Below, in pieces: positions 14,730-25,800 of a stretch of DNA of 64,000 nt; position 1 is the first letter of the stretch; every line of letters starts with the position of its first letter. Origin of the DNA: a virus. Taxonomy: Duplodnaviria; Caudoviricetes. The notes beneath the pieces are model-generated. The model was not told the DNA's origin. It saw only the letters and a list, made by a program, of their open reading frames with translations, and did not search any database. The DNA lies in the IMG/VR virus record IMGVR_UViG_3300029976_000159, positions 32,001 through 96,000 of that record; one strand, written 5' to 3'. The position numbers and the translations under genes are program-made.

Positions 14730-15551
14730 ATGTTCAATGCTGATACTAATGGGTATAGTTTGTCTGACATAGCGGCTGTATCTGGAAACAATAACAGCGG
14801 TGACTGGGGCAACGGTTCTGCTTGGTGGATTATAATTTTATTCTTGTTCGCGTTTTGCGGATGGGGTGGAGACTGGGGCAACAATAGAAATGGAAACCCG
14901 GGTGGAAATTGGCTTACAAGAGCCGATTTATGTCAAGATATGAATTTTTCAGACTTAGAGAACGGAGTAAGAGGAGTGCGCTCTAATCTTGCGGAGGGTT
15001 TCGCCGGAGTTCAAAGTACTCTTGCTAACGGTTTTGCGGGAATGGAAAGCTCATTTAAAGATGCTAGTTATTAGACTCAAGCTGGCATCAATGGTGTAAA
15101 TGTTGCGAATATGCAAAATATGAACACATTACAACAAGACATGAATGCTATGAATATAGCTAATATGCAGAACATGAACGCCTTACAAACCTAGATAAGT
15201 TCTTGTTGCTGTGAAAATCGTGAGGGTCAGGCTAATTTACGTTATCAGTTGGCTACGGACACTTGTGCAATTAATACCAATAGCTCAAATAACACGAGAG
15301 ATATAATTGATTCGTAGACAGCAAATACGAGAGCTATTTTAGACGCAATTCAGCAAAGCAAAGTAGATGCTATGCAGGATAAGATTACTTCACTTACAGC
15401 ATAGAATTAGCAGTTAGCGTTTGCAGCGTCTCAGCAAGCACAAAACGCATACTTGCTTAACGAACTGCGCCCGAATCCTATACCTTCCTACGTAGTACAA
15501 TCACCTTATGTGTCGTACTATAACGGCTGTGCTTGTAGTGCAGTAGCATAA
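14730..15551 (+). CDS. Gly-rich membrane/coiled-coil protein with CCC motif, module gene 3 (273 aa with TAG=Gln)
   Basis: AAGGAGG RBS; hydrophobic segment WWIIILFLFAFCGWGG; Gln/Asn-rich heptads; SSCCCENR; TAA at 15549. Confidence 0.75.
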
Positions 15552-15562
15552 GGAGGATGACA

Positions 15563-15985
15563 ATGGCAGAATTTACTTCAAATGCTATTCAAGAGGTAGC
15601 AACAAATCAAAATGTTCTATTAACTGAAACTCCAGTTAGTGGAAACTGCTCAATTGTGCATAGAGAAGGTAGCGGTTTAGTAACACTTAGAGGAATTACT
15701 AATCAATGTCGAGCAAGATACAAAGTATTTTTTAATGGGAATATCGCAATTCCAACAGGTGGAGCAGTTGGGGCTATTTCAATAGCTCTAGCTATCAATG
15801 GTGAAAGTGTTATTACATCAGAAGCTATAGTAACTCCAACTGCTACTGATAATTACTTTAATGTATCAAGCGCTATTTTTATTAATGTTCCTGTAAACTG
15901 TTGTTCGCAAATAAGTATTAAAAATACTAGTTCATAGGCTATAAATGTGCAAAATGCAAATTTAATTGTAGAAAGGGTTGCGTGA
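15563..15985 (+). CDS. Beta-sandwich protein (possibly BclA C-terminal-like), module gene 4 (140 aa with TAG=Gln)
   Basis: AAGGAGG RBS; MAEFTSNAIQEV...CCSQISIKNTSSQAINVQNANLIVERVA; TGA at 15983. Confidence 0.65.
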
Positions 15986-15986
15986 A

Positions 15987-16388
15987 ATGGAAAGATTAAT
16001 GAATATAAAGAATAGTTTAGTTTCTTGTGTTGAATCTCAAATAAATAATTTAGAACGCGCAAATGCTCATGAATTAGGCGAAGTTATTGATATGATAAAG
16101 GATATAGAGGAGTCTATTTACTATTGTTCAATCGTAAAAGCTATGGATAGTGGAGTAGTTGGAAACAAAATCATGTATTATACCGAAACAAATCCTAAAC
16201 AAAGATATCTAGAAGCAAAACATAACCAAGAGGATAAAGTAACGTCATTAAAAGAATTAGAGGCTTATATGAATGATTTGTCAGTGGATATTATTGAGAT
16301 GATAAATGATGCGTCAACCGATGAAAAACAATACTTAGAGAAAAAGATGATGTAGCTTGCGGAAAAGATAGGTAACCTTTATCATTAA
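15987..16388 (+). CDS. Hypothetical helical protein, module gene 5
   Basis: MERLMNIK...ELGEVIDMIKDIEE; reads through TAG at 16353 to TAA at 16386. Confidence 0.65.
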
Positions 16389-16404
16389 TGGCATAAAATG
16401 GAAA

Positions 16405-16689
16405 GTGCGCGTTGTGCCTCGTCAGCACTATAAACTAAAGCAACCGAGTGGAAATTATGCTTTAGGGTGTTGCGACCGCAACTCGCGTACTATCTATCTT
16501 AATAAAGATTTAAATTTAAATAAATTACATAAGGTTTTATGCCATGAAATTGCGCACGCTGCAATGTTTAGCTATAATGTGCTTTTGGATACAGCGCAGG
16601 AAGAATTAGTTGCTGATTTATTAGCCACTTACGGTAATGAAATAATCAACATAACTAATTAGATAATAAAAAATTGGGGTACTATTTAA
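16405..16689 (+). CDS. Small HEXXH zinc metallopeptidase (ImmA/IrrE-like), module gene 6; start uncertain
   Basis: LCHEIAHA motif with downstream EE; reads through TAG at 16660 to TAA at 16687; frame is open upstream to about 16357. Confidence 0.65.
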
Positions 16690-16710
16690 TTATAGTACCC
16701 CAATTTTTTA
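16668..16710. terminator. Bidirectional terminator between convergent transcription units
   Basis: AAAAAATTGGGGTACTAT-TTAATT-ATAGTACCCCAATTTTTT. Confidence 0.85.
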
Positions 16711-17181
16711 TTTTGTATCTAACTGATTATGATATTTAATATTCACATCTTGGAATAATAAATCTCCTTCGTGATTGCCTTTTAAGCTATTATAAATATC
16801 GTGTTCCTCATTTAAATACATCCACTCATCAACAGTTATCTCATGCTCTGTCTTAAGCAAATCTCTACACTCTTGTTTAAATTGTTTACCCTAAATACTC
16901 AACATACCATTTTTTAGAGTTTCAATAGTAGTTGAAATTTGAGCTAACTAATTTATAATCTGTTTATCAGTATTATCAAGTTTTTTATGTTTTTTATTTA
17001 TAAGCTCCTGAACCTCATCCATTATCACATCTTTTTGCTTTTGGTACTCCTCTTCCTTTTCATTACTTTTTTCTTTTTTATAAAGATTATAAAAGTATTT
17101 AGCAAAGGCTGTAGCGCCAGTCGCAATGATGCCTAATAAAAATTCAAGCCAATACTCTGTTAGAAAAGCTAACAACTTCAT
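16708..17181 (-). CDS. Membrane protein, putative holin/lysis-associated (157 aa with TAG=Gln)
   Basis: GGGAGG RBS; N-terminal TM segment (YWLEFLLGIIATGATAF); 2 in-frame TAG; C-terminal YNSLKGNHEG; TAA at 16708. Confidence 0.55.
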
Positions 17182-17241
17182 AACCTCCCCAAAACGCAAT
17201 TTCTTATTATTATTGCGTTTCAAGATTAATTATTTAAACAG

Positions 17242-17718
17242 TCATGACCAGTCGTGAACCTTCTAATTAACTTTATGTGCGCCGATACATATTGCGTCAC
17301 TCTCATCTTCAGAAACTTTTTTCTAATAAGTAGTATATACGTATTCCTAGGCTGCTTTCTTTTGCGCGGCTCGTGCGGTGCCTTTTATATTTAGGCTTGA
17401 GCGCCACTAAACAGCCAAAACCGTGCTATATTTTATTTCTAACTCTTCGAATGTTTCAACCAAAACCCCAAGTACTTCAGCTAAAGTTTTATACGTCTAT
17501 ACATTATTAACTTGCTTTTGGAGTTGTATATCTTCTATAATTACTTCATCAATTTTATATTTTTCAATCAAGGATAGTACTTGCTATTTAATTTTTAATA
17601 AACGCTAGCCTAAATCCTTATCGGTTATAGTAAATGTTCCGCTATCCAAAAGGTCTTTATCAGAGAAGACTGCCCAACCACTAGTGCGGCTTGCCTAATC
17701 TAAAGCTAATAAATTCAT
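17242..17718 (-). CDS. ruvC: RuvC-like Holliday junction resolvase (158 aa with TAG=Gln)
   Basis: MNLLALDQASRTSGWAVF, VIIED and EDESDAICIG catalytic motifs; 8 in-frame TAG; TGA at 17242. Absent from the ORF track. Confidence 0.85.
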
Positions 17719-18272
17719 TATTTATTTTGGCTTGTTGAGCCAAATCCTCCTGTGCGCTCTTTTGTAGTTGAATCATTTTCTACTGTATCGTAATGAAGAA
17801 TTATACCTTGACCAATCTTATCGCCTTTTTTAAGTTGAATATCGTAAGGTGAGAGATTGATAATTTGAAACATGATATGCCCGTTTGCGTCATAATAATC
17901 AGAATCAATGATGCCAACTCCATTCGCAAGAACAAGCCAAGATTTCAAAGGACAGGATGACCGCACGCTAAGTTGTAAGAACGTATCTCTATCAAGTTTA
18001 CACTTTATGCCTGTTGGAACAAGGGTGGGTTTTGCATCAACTAGTTTGGTTAAAGTTGTCATTTCATCAAAAGTGTAAGGTTCATTTTCTTTAAAATTAA
18101 CCTGCGCATACTTTTGCATATTGACCAGCTTATCATAACAACCCGGGTAGCCGGGGATTACAATATCCTCAGCTACCTCAAAATCATATCCTGCTGAATA
18201 TTTCGTGCTTCTAGTTGGAAGATTTATATTTTTATTTTTATATTCATCTAATACTTCAAAACACGCTGCCAT
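17718..18272 (-). CDS. dut: Trimeric dUTPase
   Basis: SAGYD, RSS, GIIDSDY, IGQGI and RTGGFGST motifs. Confidence 0.95.
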   Translation of the reverse strand: MAACFEVLDEYKNKNINLPTRSTKYSAGYDFEVAEDIVIPGYPGCYDKLVNMQKYAQVNFKENEPYTFDEMTTLTKLVDAKPTLVPTGIKCKLDRDTFLQLSVRSSCPLKSWLVLANGVGIIDSDYYDANGHIMFQIINLSPYDIQLKKGDKIGQGIILHYDTVENDSTTKERTGGFGSTSQNK

Positions 18273-18525
18273 CGTAACTTCCTCCACCAGTATAAGTTAT
18301 TTCCACCTGGCGATCGGGTTCTTTTTCATTAGTAAAAATTTTTGTCAATGAAAGTTTGTAATACGCATCTACAACCTCACCCTTAACTTTTACTTCCTTT
18401 TGGGTACAATTGTACCTCTGCAATTCATACTGCTTATTTGTCTTTGCCTCTTCGAGTATTTGATTTACTTCGGGTTCGCTATCTACCCTATAGGTTTCTA
18501 CTGTACTAATTAAATATTTTGCCAT
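18256..18525 (-). CDS. Hypothetical protein
   Basis: 89-aa ORF in the operon with GAGGTG RBS. Confidence 0.7.
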   Translation of the reverse strand: MAKYLISTVETYRVDSEPEVNQILEEAKTNKQYELQRYNCTQKEVKVKGEVVDAYYKLSLTKIFTNEKEPDRQVEITYTGGGSYDGSVF

Positions 18526-18528
18526 TTT

Positions 18529-18804
18529 TTACACCTCGTTTATCATTTTTATTGTAATTGGATTTGTTGAATATTTTGTAGCAATAGCTTGTTCCATTGG
18601 ATGAATTAAATATTCAGTAATAAAATCTACTGAACCAGAAAACAAAACTTCTGATACGTCATTTTTTACGCAATAATCTAAAGCTGTTGTTACAAAGTCC
18701 TCTTGGGTATATTTTCCAACTATATTAACTAATTGATTATCGTCATTTACTAAATAAACCGTTTGATGTGTATCAAAAGGTTCTATGTGACATAAAAGTT
18801 TCAT
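18529..18804 (-). CDS. Hypothetical protein
   Basis: 91-aa ORF, ATGA overlap with the upstream gene. Confidence 0.7.
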   Translation of the reverse strand: MKLLCHIEPFDTHQTVYLVNDDNQLVNIVGKYTQEDFVTTALDYCVKNDVSEVLFSGSVDFITEYLIHPMEQAIATKYSTNPITIKMINEV

Positions 18805-19391
18805 TTCTTGCCTCCTCTCCCAACGGTAACAATGCCACGATCATAAGGAAACAAATAACCAACCATTGCTTCATCTACGTCATTTCTATGTACCCAGATT
18901 TCAAAGCCATAATTATCTGTTGGATTAATACTATATATTTTGTCTGATATATCGGATAAGCACTCCATTACTGCGCTTCCTGTCGTTTCAAACATACCAA
19001 ATTTTTTGCTATCTATACGAAAAAGCGTATAGTATGTGATATCTTTAAATAACAGCATATAGTATTCGTTACGGCTCGCCCTAACTTGCCAGTTAATTTG
19101 TGCTCGCGCATGACGTATTTCACCTTCAGACATTGGTTTGCCGGTCTGAGTTATAGCGGATTTATTAATATCATACATAGAAACCCCAGTGTCAAATTCA
19201 TTATTTTCTGGTACTTTAATTTCATGACGTGCACCTTGGTCATCATAGAAATAAACACAGTTTTCTATGGTGCAATAGATTAAATCATTCTCTTGTGGTT
19301 TATAATCGGGGTTCTGCGCCATAAAATCATCAAATGTGTCATATGTTCCTTTATAACCAGTTATTTTTTTTAACTTTTCTTGTGATAACAT
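18801..19391 (-). CDS. Hypothetical protein
   Basis: 196-aa ORF with RBS and its own promoter. Confidence 0.7.
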   Translation of the reverse strand: MLSQEKLKKITGYKGTYDTFDDFMAQNPDYKPQENDLIYCTIENCVYFYDDQGARHEIKVPENNEFDTGVSMYDINKSAITQTGKPMSEGEIRHARAQINWQVRASRNEYYMLLFKDITYYTLFRIDSKKFGMFETTGSAVMECLSDISDKIYSINPTDNYGFEIWVHRNDVDEAMVGYLFPYDRGIVTVGRGGKK

Positions 19392-19412
19392 TTCTTCACC
19401 TCTTACATATAT

Positions 19413-19441
19413 ATAATATCATAAATTTTTAATATAAGCAA
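19413..19441 (-). promoter_or_regulatory. Sigma-A-type promoter
   Basis: TTGCTT-17-TATTAT with extended TG. Confidence 0.65.
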
Positions 19442-19965
19442 ATTTTATTTTTTTTTATTGTTTTTTGTACGTCTATTACTCGCTGATTCGAGCTACCTCT
19501 CCATTTTAAGCCTGGGTCTTTTAATTCATCTATATATTGTCCGTCCACTAAAACATCACACGCTTTTAGAAAACGTCTTATTACTTCAAAACTGCGTTCA
19601 AAATTATAGTATTTATAATCATAATATAAATGCTTAACATCATTCCATTCAAAACCTGTATACACCCATACTTTTTTTTGAGGGTATAGTTTTTTAAACT
19701 CGTATACTATATCCGACACTTCTTGTATATTCGCTCTTGCTAAAGGCTCACCGCCCAAAACAGACAATCGTGTTATATACGGTTTATCGGCTAATTTAAG
19801 AAACATATTTTGAATATCCTGTGTCCACTCCTTGCCACCGTTAAAATCCCATGCTTCGGGATTAAAACAATTTTTACAATGAAAATAGCAGCCTTGAACG
19901 AAGAGGGATATTCCTATCCCTTCTCCATTCGATATGTCCATCTTTCGTATACTCGCGTATCTCAT
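19429..19965 (-). CDS. nrdG: Anaerobic ribonucleotide reductase activating enzyme
   Basis: NGEGI, GCYFHCKNCFN (CxxxCxxC), LGGEP, RGSSNQR; adjacent to nrdD. Confidence 0.95.
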   Translation of the reverse strand: MRYASIRKMDISNGEGIGISLFVQGCYFHCKNCFNPEAWDFNGGKEWTQDIQNMFLKLADKPYITRLSVLGGEPLARANIQEVSDIVYEFKKLYPQKKVWVYTGFEWNDVKHLYYDYKYYNFERSFEVIRRFLKACDVLVDGQYIDELKDPGLKWRGSSNQRVIDVQKTIKKNKICLY

Positions 19966-22235
19966 TACACAATAGCCTCCATATCGGTTATTACTGTATC
20001 ATCTAAATGATACACTCTGTCATGAATATCTCCATATCTACCTTGGTTACTGCCGTTTTTGGCTGTGCCTATATATCCGCAGACGCGAAATGCTATATCT
20101 AGAGTGGAAGTATCTTCATTTCCACATTTCGGACATCTCCATTTTAAATAATTGTTTTCATCAATTAATGGAATATCACCTGAAAAACCGCACTTTGCAC
20201 AATAACAACTCTTCGTATTAATTTCTGCGTACATGATATGATTATATATATATTTAATAACTTCTAATATAGCGGGAATATTACTGGTTAAGGTAGGAGT
20301 TTCTATATAGCTTATTGCGCCGCCAGGACTAAGTCGCTGAAACTTTGCTTCGATGCGCAATTTATTGAACGCATCTATTGGTTCAAATACCGGGATATGG
20401 TAACTATTAGTTAGGTAGTTTCTGTCATGTCCGTCAAGTTCAATAAATATATCTGTTCCGAATCGTTTCTTGAGGCATTTTGCTAGCTTAAAGGTTGTTG
20501 CCTCCATAGGAGAACCGTATAAGGAGTAGTCAATGTTTTCTTCCGCTTTCCACTGACTACACTTATCGTTTAAAGCCTGCATTACTTTTAATCCGAAAGC
20601 TTCACCTATATTTTCATCACTATGACTATGTCCTGTCATATACTTTACACATTCATACAATCCGCAATAACCTAAAGATATAGTGCTGTATCCATTATAC
20701 AATAATTTATCTATTGGTTCATGTTGCTTAAGTCTTGCTAAAGCTCCGTGTTGCCAAAGAATAGGAGCAACGTCAGAGCTTGTTCCCTTTAGTCTTTCAT
20801 GTCTAAGTCTAAGGGCTTTATGACAAAGCTCCGTTCTTTCTTCAAATAATTCCCAAAATTTGTCTATATCTCTTTCAGATGAAAAAGCTATATCAGGAAG
20901 ATTAATAGTTACTACACCTTGATTCCAACGACCATAATATTTATGTTTTCCCGGAGTGTAGTTTTTCGCATTCGCTATATTACCGAACTTGTCTGAAAAA
21001 CGATCTACTGTAAGCGCTGAACGACATCCCATTACCGGGTAAACGTCACCGCTTTTTAATTCTTTCATTATTTTTTCTGACATATAATCGGGCACAAGAC
21101 GTTTAGAAGAACATTCGGCAGCTAATTGAGTTAAATACCAATATGGAGTATCCTCACTTGAATTATCATCTTCCAATACGTATAAAAGTTTTGGAAAAGA
21201 GGGAGCAATAAATACTCCTTGCTCATTTTTTACACCTTGAATGCGCTGGCGCAATACCTCTTCGATTATAAGCGCAAGATCTTGTTTCTCTACCTCTGTT
21301 TGCGCTTCATTGAGATACATAAATACACTCAAAAAAGGTGCTTGTCCGTTCGTAGTCATTAAAGTTGTAATTTGATATTGAATAGTCTGTACTCCTCGGT
21401 TAATTTCACGTAATAAACGACTATTCACGATTTCTAAATACTTTTCTTGATAAACATCCTCATTACGCCAATTTTCCGTTAATATTTTATCTAATTCATT
21501 TGCTACCTCTGCTTTAATTTTTTGTCTACTAACATCAACAAACGGCGCTAAATGCGTCAAGGAAATGCTTTGTCCACCATACTGCGAGCTTGCCACTTGT
21601 GCTATTATCTATGTGGCTACATTGCACGCTGTAGAAAAGCTATGCGGTTTCTCAATTAATACGTTACTAATTACCGTTCCATTTTGTAACATATCCTCTA
21701 AATTAATAAGATCGCAGTTGTGCATATGCTGTACAATATAATCCATGTCATGTACATGAAGAATACCCTCATCATGAGCTTGCACAATCTCAGGCGGCAA
21801 AAGATAACGTCTAGATGCGTCTGTACTTACGATTCCCGCCATATAATCCCGTTTAGTGGTATTAAGTATTGGATTTTTATTTGCGTTTTCAGTTTTCCAG
21901 TATTCATTAACATCATCCAAGAGAGAACGAATGTCATCATCAATTGTATTTACCGATTCTCTTTGAAATTCTCTAATGCTTCTATAACCCTCGTAAGCTT
22001 TGGCTGTTAATTTTTGCTTTTTCGAGATTAATTTATTATAAACCAAAGTTTCGATGTCTGATATTTTTAATTCTTTCTTATCTTCGTTCTCTTGTTCTAT
22101 TTCGTTAGCTATGCTTTCTGCAATTTTAGGCTTTATTATGCCGCTGCCGTTTTTCATAGCTTTTAAAATAGCAGAAGAAATTTTAGTTTTGTCAAAGTCA
22201 ACTCTATTACCATTTCGTTTAATAACAGTAATCAA
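19965..22235 (-). CDS. nrdD: Class III anaerobic ribonucleoside-triphosphate reductase (756 aa, one TAG=Gln)
   Basis: N-terminal ATP cone, MGCRS, RVCGYIG glycyl-radical motif. The two track ORFs join across TAG 21609-21611 in ACNVAT-Q-IIAQVASSQYGG. Confidence 0.95.
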
Positions 22236-22310
22236 TATAATCTCTCCTTTATAAAATAAATATTTCGGGAGAAGTGTAAGCTTCTCCCCTGTATTCTAGT
22301 AAAATAAAAG

Positions 22311-22880
22311 TTATAAATTATTCAATTTTGCCCAAGAAAGTATTAAACCGGCATTAGAAATTAAATCTAATACAGTTGCATTGTTTTTTCTTACAAGTTG
22401 TAATTGACCATCTATTTCTGCAAAATCCTCTTCATCCGCGTTAAAGCGTCTAACTATCTCGCTCGCGTCGGGCGCAACCTCTCGGTCAAGTTGGCGTCGC
22501 AAACGTTCTTCGTCGGGTACCTCCAAGAGCAGAATGTCTAGAATCCGCACGTCTTGATAACTTATTAATTTCTTTAAAGCTAGCGGGTTTGCAATAACAA
22601 TATTAACTTTATTCTCTGCTAATTGTGCTTTTGGAATACCATAACACCAATTTTTAAAATGTGAAACTGCAATTGTTTCCGTCTTATTAAATTGTTCTTC
22701 AGTCATGAAAAGATAATCAGACTCTATTTTATTACCAGCTCTCGGCGGACGGGTAGTTGCCATCTTAACTATATTAATATATTCATTATTAAATAAATTA
22801 GCGCTTAATAAATCAACCGTCTTGAAGAGCAAGTCTTTTCCAGACCCGCTCTTACCCATGATTAAAATCATATTATACAT
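22311..22880 (-). CDS. gmk: Guanylate kinase-like protein
   Basis: GKSGSGKD P-loop, TTRPPR, WCYG. Confidence 0.8.
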   Translation of the reverse strand: MYNMILIMGKSGSGKDLLFKTVDLLSANLFNNEYINIVKMATTRPPRAGNKIESDYLFMTEEQFNKTETIAVSHFKNWCYGIPKAQLAENKVNIVIANPLALKKLISYQDVRILDILLLEVPDEERLRRQLDREVAPDASEIVRRFNADEEDFAEIDGQLQLVRKNNATVLDLISNAGLILSWAKLNNL

Positions 22881-22883
22881 AGT

Positions 22884-25800
22884 TTACGCCCTTTCATCTT
22901 GTAGAATTATATCCCCATTATCTAGAACTTCTTCTATTTTATATAGAGTATGACATGGAGTCGAATTATATTTTTTAGCCATAAAATTATTTCCGCGCCT
23001 TATACCTTGAATAATTAATTTACTCCCCCTGTTAAACCAAGATTTTTCAGTAATTTTTTTTGAACCATCTGCTTGAATCTCTGATATTTGTTTATCAAAT
23101 AGTGCAAAATATTCTTTTCTAAATTTAACGTTTACTACTCCTTCAGTAGTTAATAAAGATATATTTGCTTTATTTTTATCTTTAGCTATACAAGTCCCGC
23201 AAATCTTATAAATTTTATATAAGATAATTGTTGAATCTCCTCGCTTATAAGTCTTTTCTACTTTTGGCTCTTCGCCTATTGTTTCAAAATTTGTAATTCC
23301 GTATTTTTCTTTATTTACAAGTGCAAGTTCATGCTCATGATAATAGAAACATAATGCTTCCATTTCCCAAGCTGAAATGGTTCCTTTTGCGTTTTTATTC
23401 CAAGCTTCTAAAAAGATTTTTGTATTTAGTTTATTTAAAATTTCTTGTTGATTGTCCTTCATCCAATCTCTAAAGACATCCATGTAACTTTGATAAACTT
23501 TATCCCAGCTTTTTTTATTTAATATAGTACCGTCAATTATATCATCCCAACCAATAGCACAAAGAAAATTAAGCGCACGCTCATCTAAATAATAATTACT
23601 TGTGTCGTTTTCTTGTTTACAACGGTCTTTTAAATAACGGTTAAACTCAAAAACTTTTTTAGCACTTACAAAATCATCACCTGTTGGAATTAATTGCTTT
23701 TTAATCAAAGTTGATAAATTTTGTAGATTTATCTTTTGTTTGCGGTCGCACGTATTCCATATATACCAAGCCATTGCGAATTTACGATTTGGTTCTAATG
23801 AATCGAACGCACCGCCTTTGATTAAAGATATCGCTGGCTGTTTATTAATTTTATTTCTATTAAAAAAATCTTTTATAGAAACATAAGGGCGATTTCGTAT
23901 AATCTGTTCTATTATATCTTCTCCAACATTCACTAATCCTTTTAATCCATAAATAATTTCATTATGTTTTCTATCTAATGAAAAAGAACTTTCAGCTCTG
24001 TTAATATCGGGAAGAAGAACAGCAGTTCCCATTTTTCTTGTATTGCCAATCGCTCGAGCCATCTTTTTGTAATCGGTTGCGTCTTCCGGATTAATACTAC
24101 CACTGTCACTAATCAAACAGGCACAATTCCAATAAATAATTGGAAATCTATAAGCGAGATTCATTTCTTGTAGACCGATGAGCGAGTATCCTAGTGTATG
24201 TGCACGATTGAATGCGTATCCACGCTGAATTGCGAAAGCTACGTTCCACACATATCGAGCCAGATTCTCTGAACAATGTTTTTCTTTGACGCGCTCAAAG
24301 AACATTCGCTCGCAATCTTCGAATAATTTACCTTGTTTTTTTGCTATAGCTTTTCTTGTCATGTCTGCAAAGTCCAAGCTATTTCCACCAAGACGCTTCT
24401 CTTGTACTAACTGCATCATTCCCTCTTGGGATTCACATATCCCATCTGTGAAGGCGGGATGTTTACTCAACCATTCTATTTCTTCATAATTTAACCCCCA
24501 CTGGTTCATTTCTCGATACCAAGCTTTAATGTTTTTTCTATATCTCGCCCATTTCTCAAGAGGTTGCTCAGCTCCTTTTTCAGGTGCCATAAGGCGAATA
24601 ACCGAATTAAGAACAGCAAGTTCATCAACACTTTTTGGCTTGATGAGTGCTATACCTTTGATGCCACTTTCTTGCTCCATTTGAAAAAGAGAATATATCT
24701 CGTGCCGATGTAACATTTCCCACATCTTAGGATTATCGCGCTCTAAATTATAAATACCTATATACTTTTCATACGTGTTTTTAATGTTACCTTGATCTTC
24801 TATTATTCCATCTTTTAGTAACAAACTTAAACACGTTTGTATTTTATCAATTGCTTCAATGGATAACAAATCATATTTTATAAGACTTGTTTTTTCAGCA
24901 GCGTGTAACTCATATCCAGTTACTAAGGTTCCTTCCGGGGTGCGCATTAGAGAAACTGACTCGTCAAAATCTTCATCTACGAAAATAATACCACCCGCAT
25001 GACTACCCAAACGACAAATAAGATTTTCGATTTTTTGCGCCGTTTTCCACAATTTAGGATTTTCATTCATTTCTTGAACAAATGCTTTTACTGGAAGAAA
25101 CCCCTTGTTTTCATCTCCGTAATAACATTGTTTTAATGTTCTTACGTGACCTCTATCCGAGGGGATTAATGAGGATACATACTGTGAATAATCTACATCT
25201 AGTCCTAACCCTCTCGCGGCGGTTATTAGCGCACTTTTTGTACTCTCCGTACCAAAGGTTGCTACACCAGCCATGCGCTCCTCTGTATAGCGTTCGCGCA
25301 AATACTCTAAAATACTTTCACGCTTTGCTCCACTAATGTCTATATCAACATCGACTACAGTAACTCTTGATGGATTCAAGAATCTCCAATAGTACAATTG
25401 AGTGTTTTCACGCAAACGATTAATTTGAATTATTCCTAAAACATACAACAAAACAAACCCACCGCCAGAACCTCTAGCAGCTCCCACTATATTTCCCGAT
25501 TCCCAAATATAGTCTATAATTTGTTGTAAGTTTAAAAAATAAGCTGACCAATGCGCATTATTTTTAACTGAAGAGCGCCAAGTAACATCCAAACACTCTT
25601 CTACCGCTTCGTACATTTTTTGGTTTAATAAATCACCATTTTTATTTTCTATCATTCTATCTATTATTTCCAGAGCTAATGTTTTATCTCCTTGATAATC
25701 TGAATAATAAAAAGTTTGAAGTGATGGAATGCGCGTAAACCAATCATCTAACTCTATCGTGTTACGTTCTGTTGGATTGTGCCATTTGAGTTCTGGAATG

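Noticed and set aside
19965-22235. nrdD split into two genes or interrupted by an intron
   Set aside because: A single TAG at a conserved Gln, with no inserted sequence
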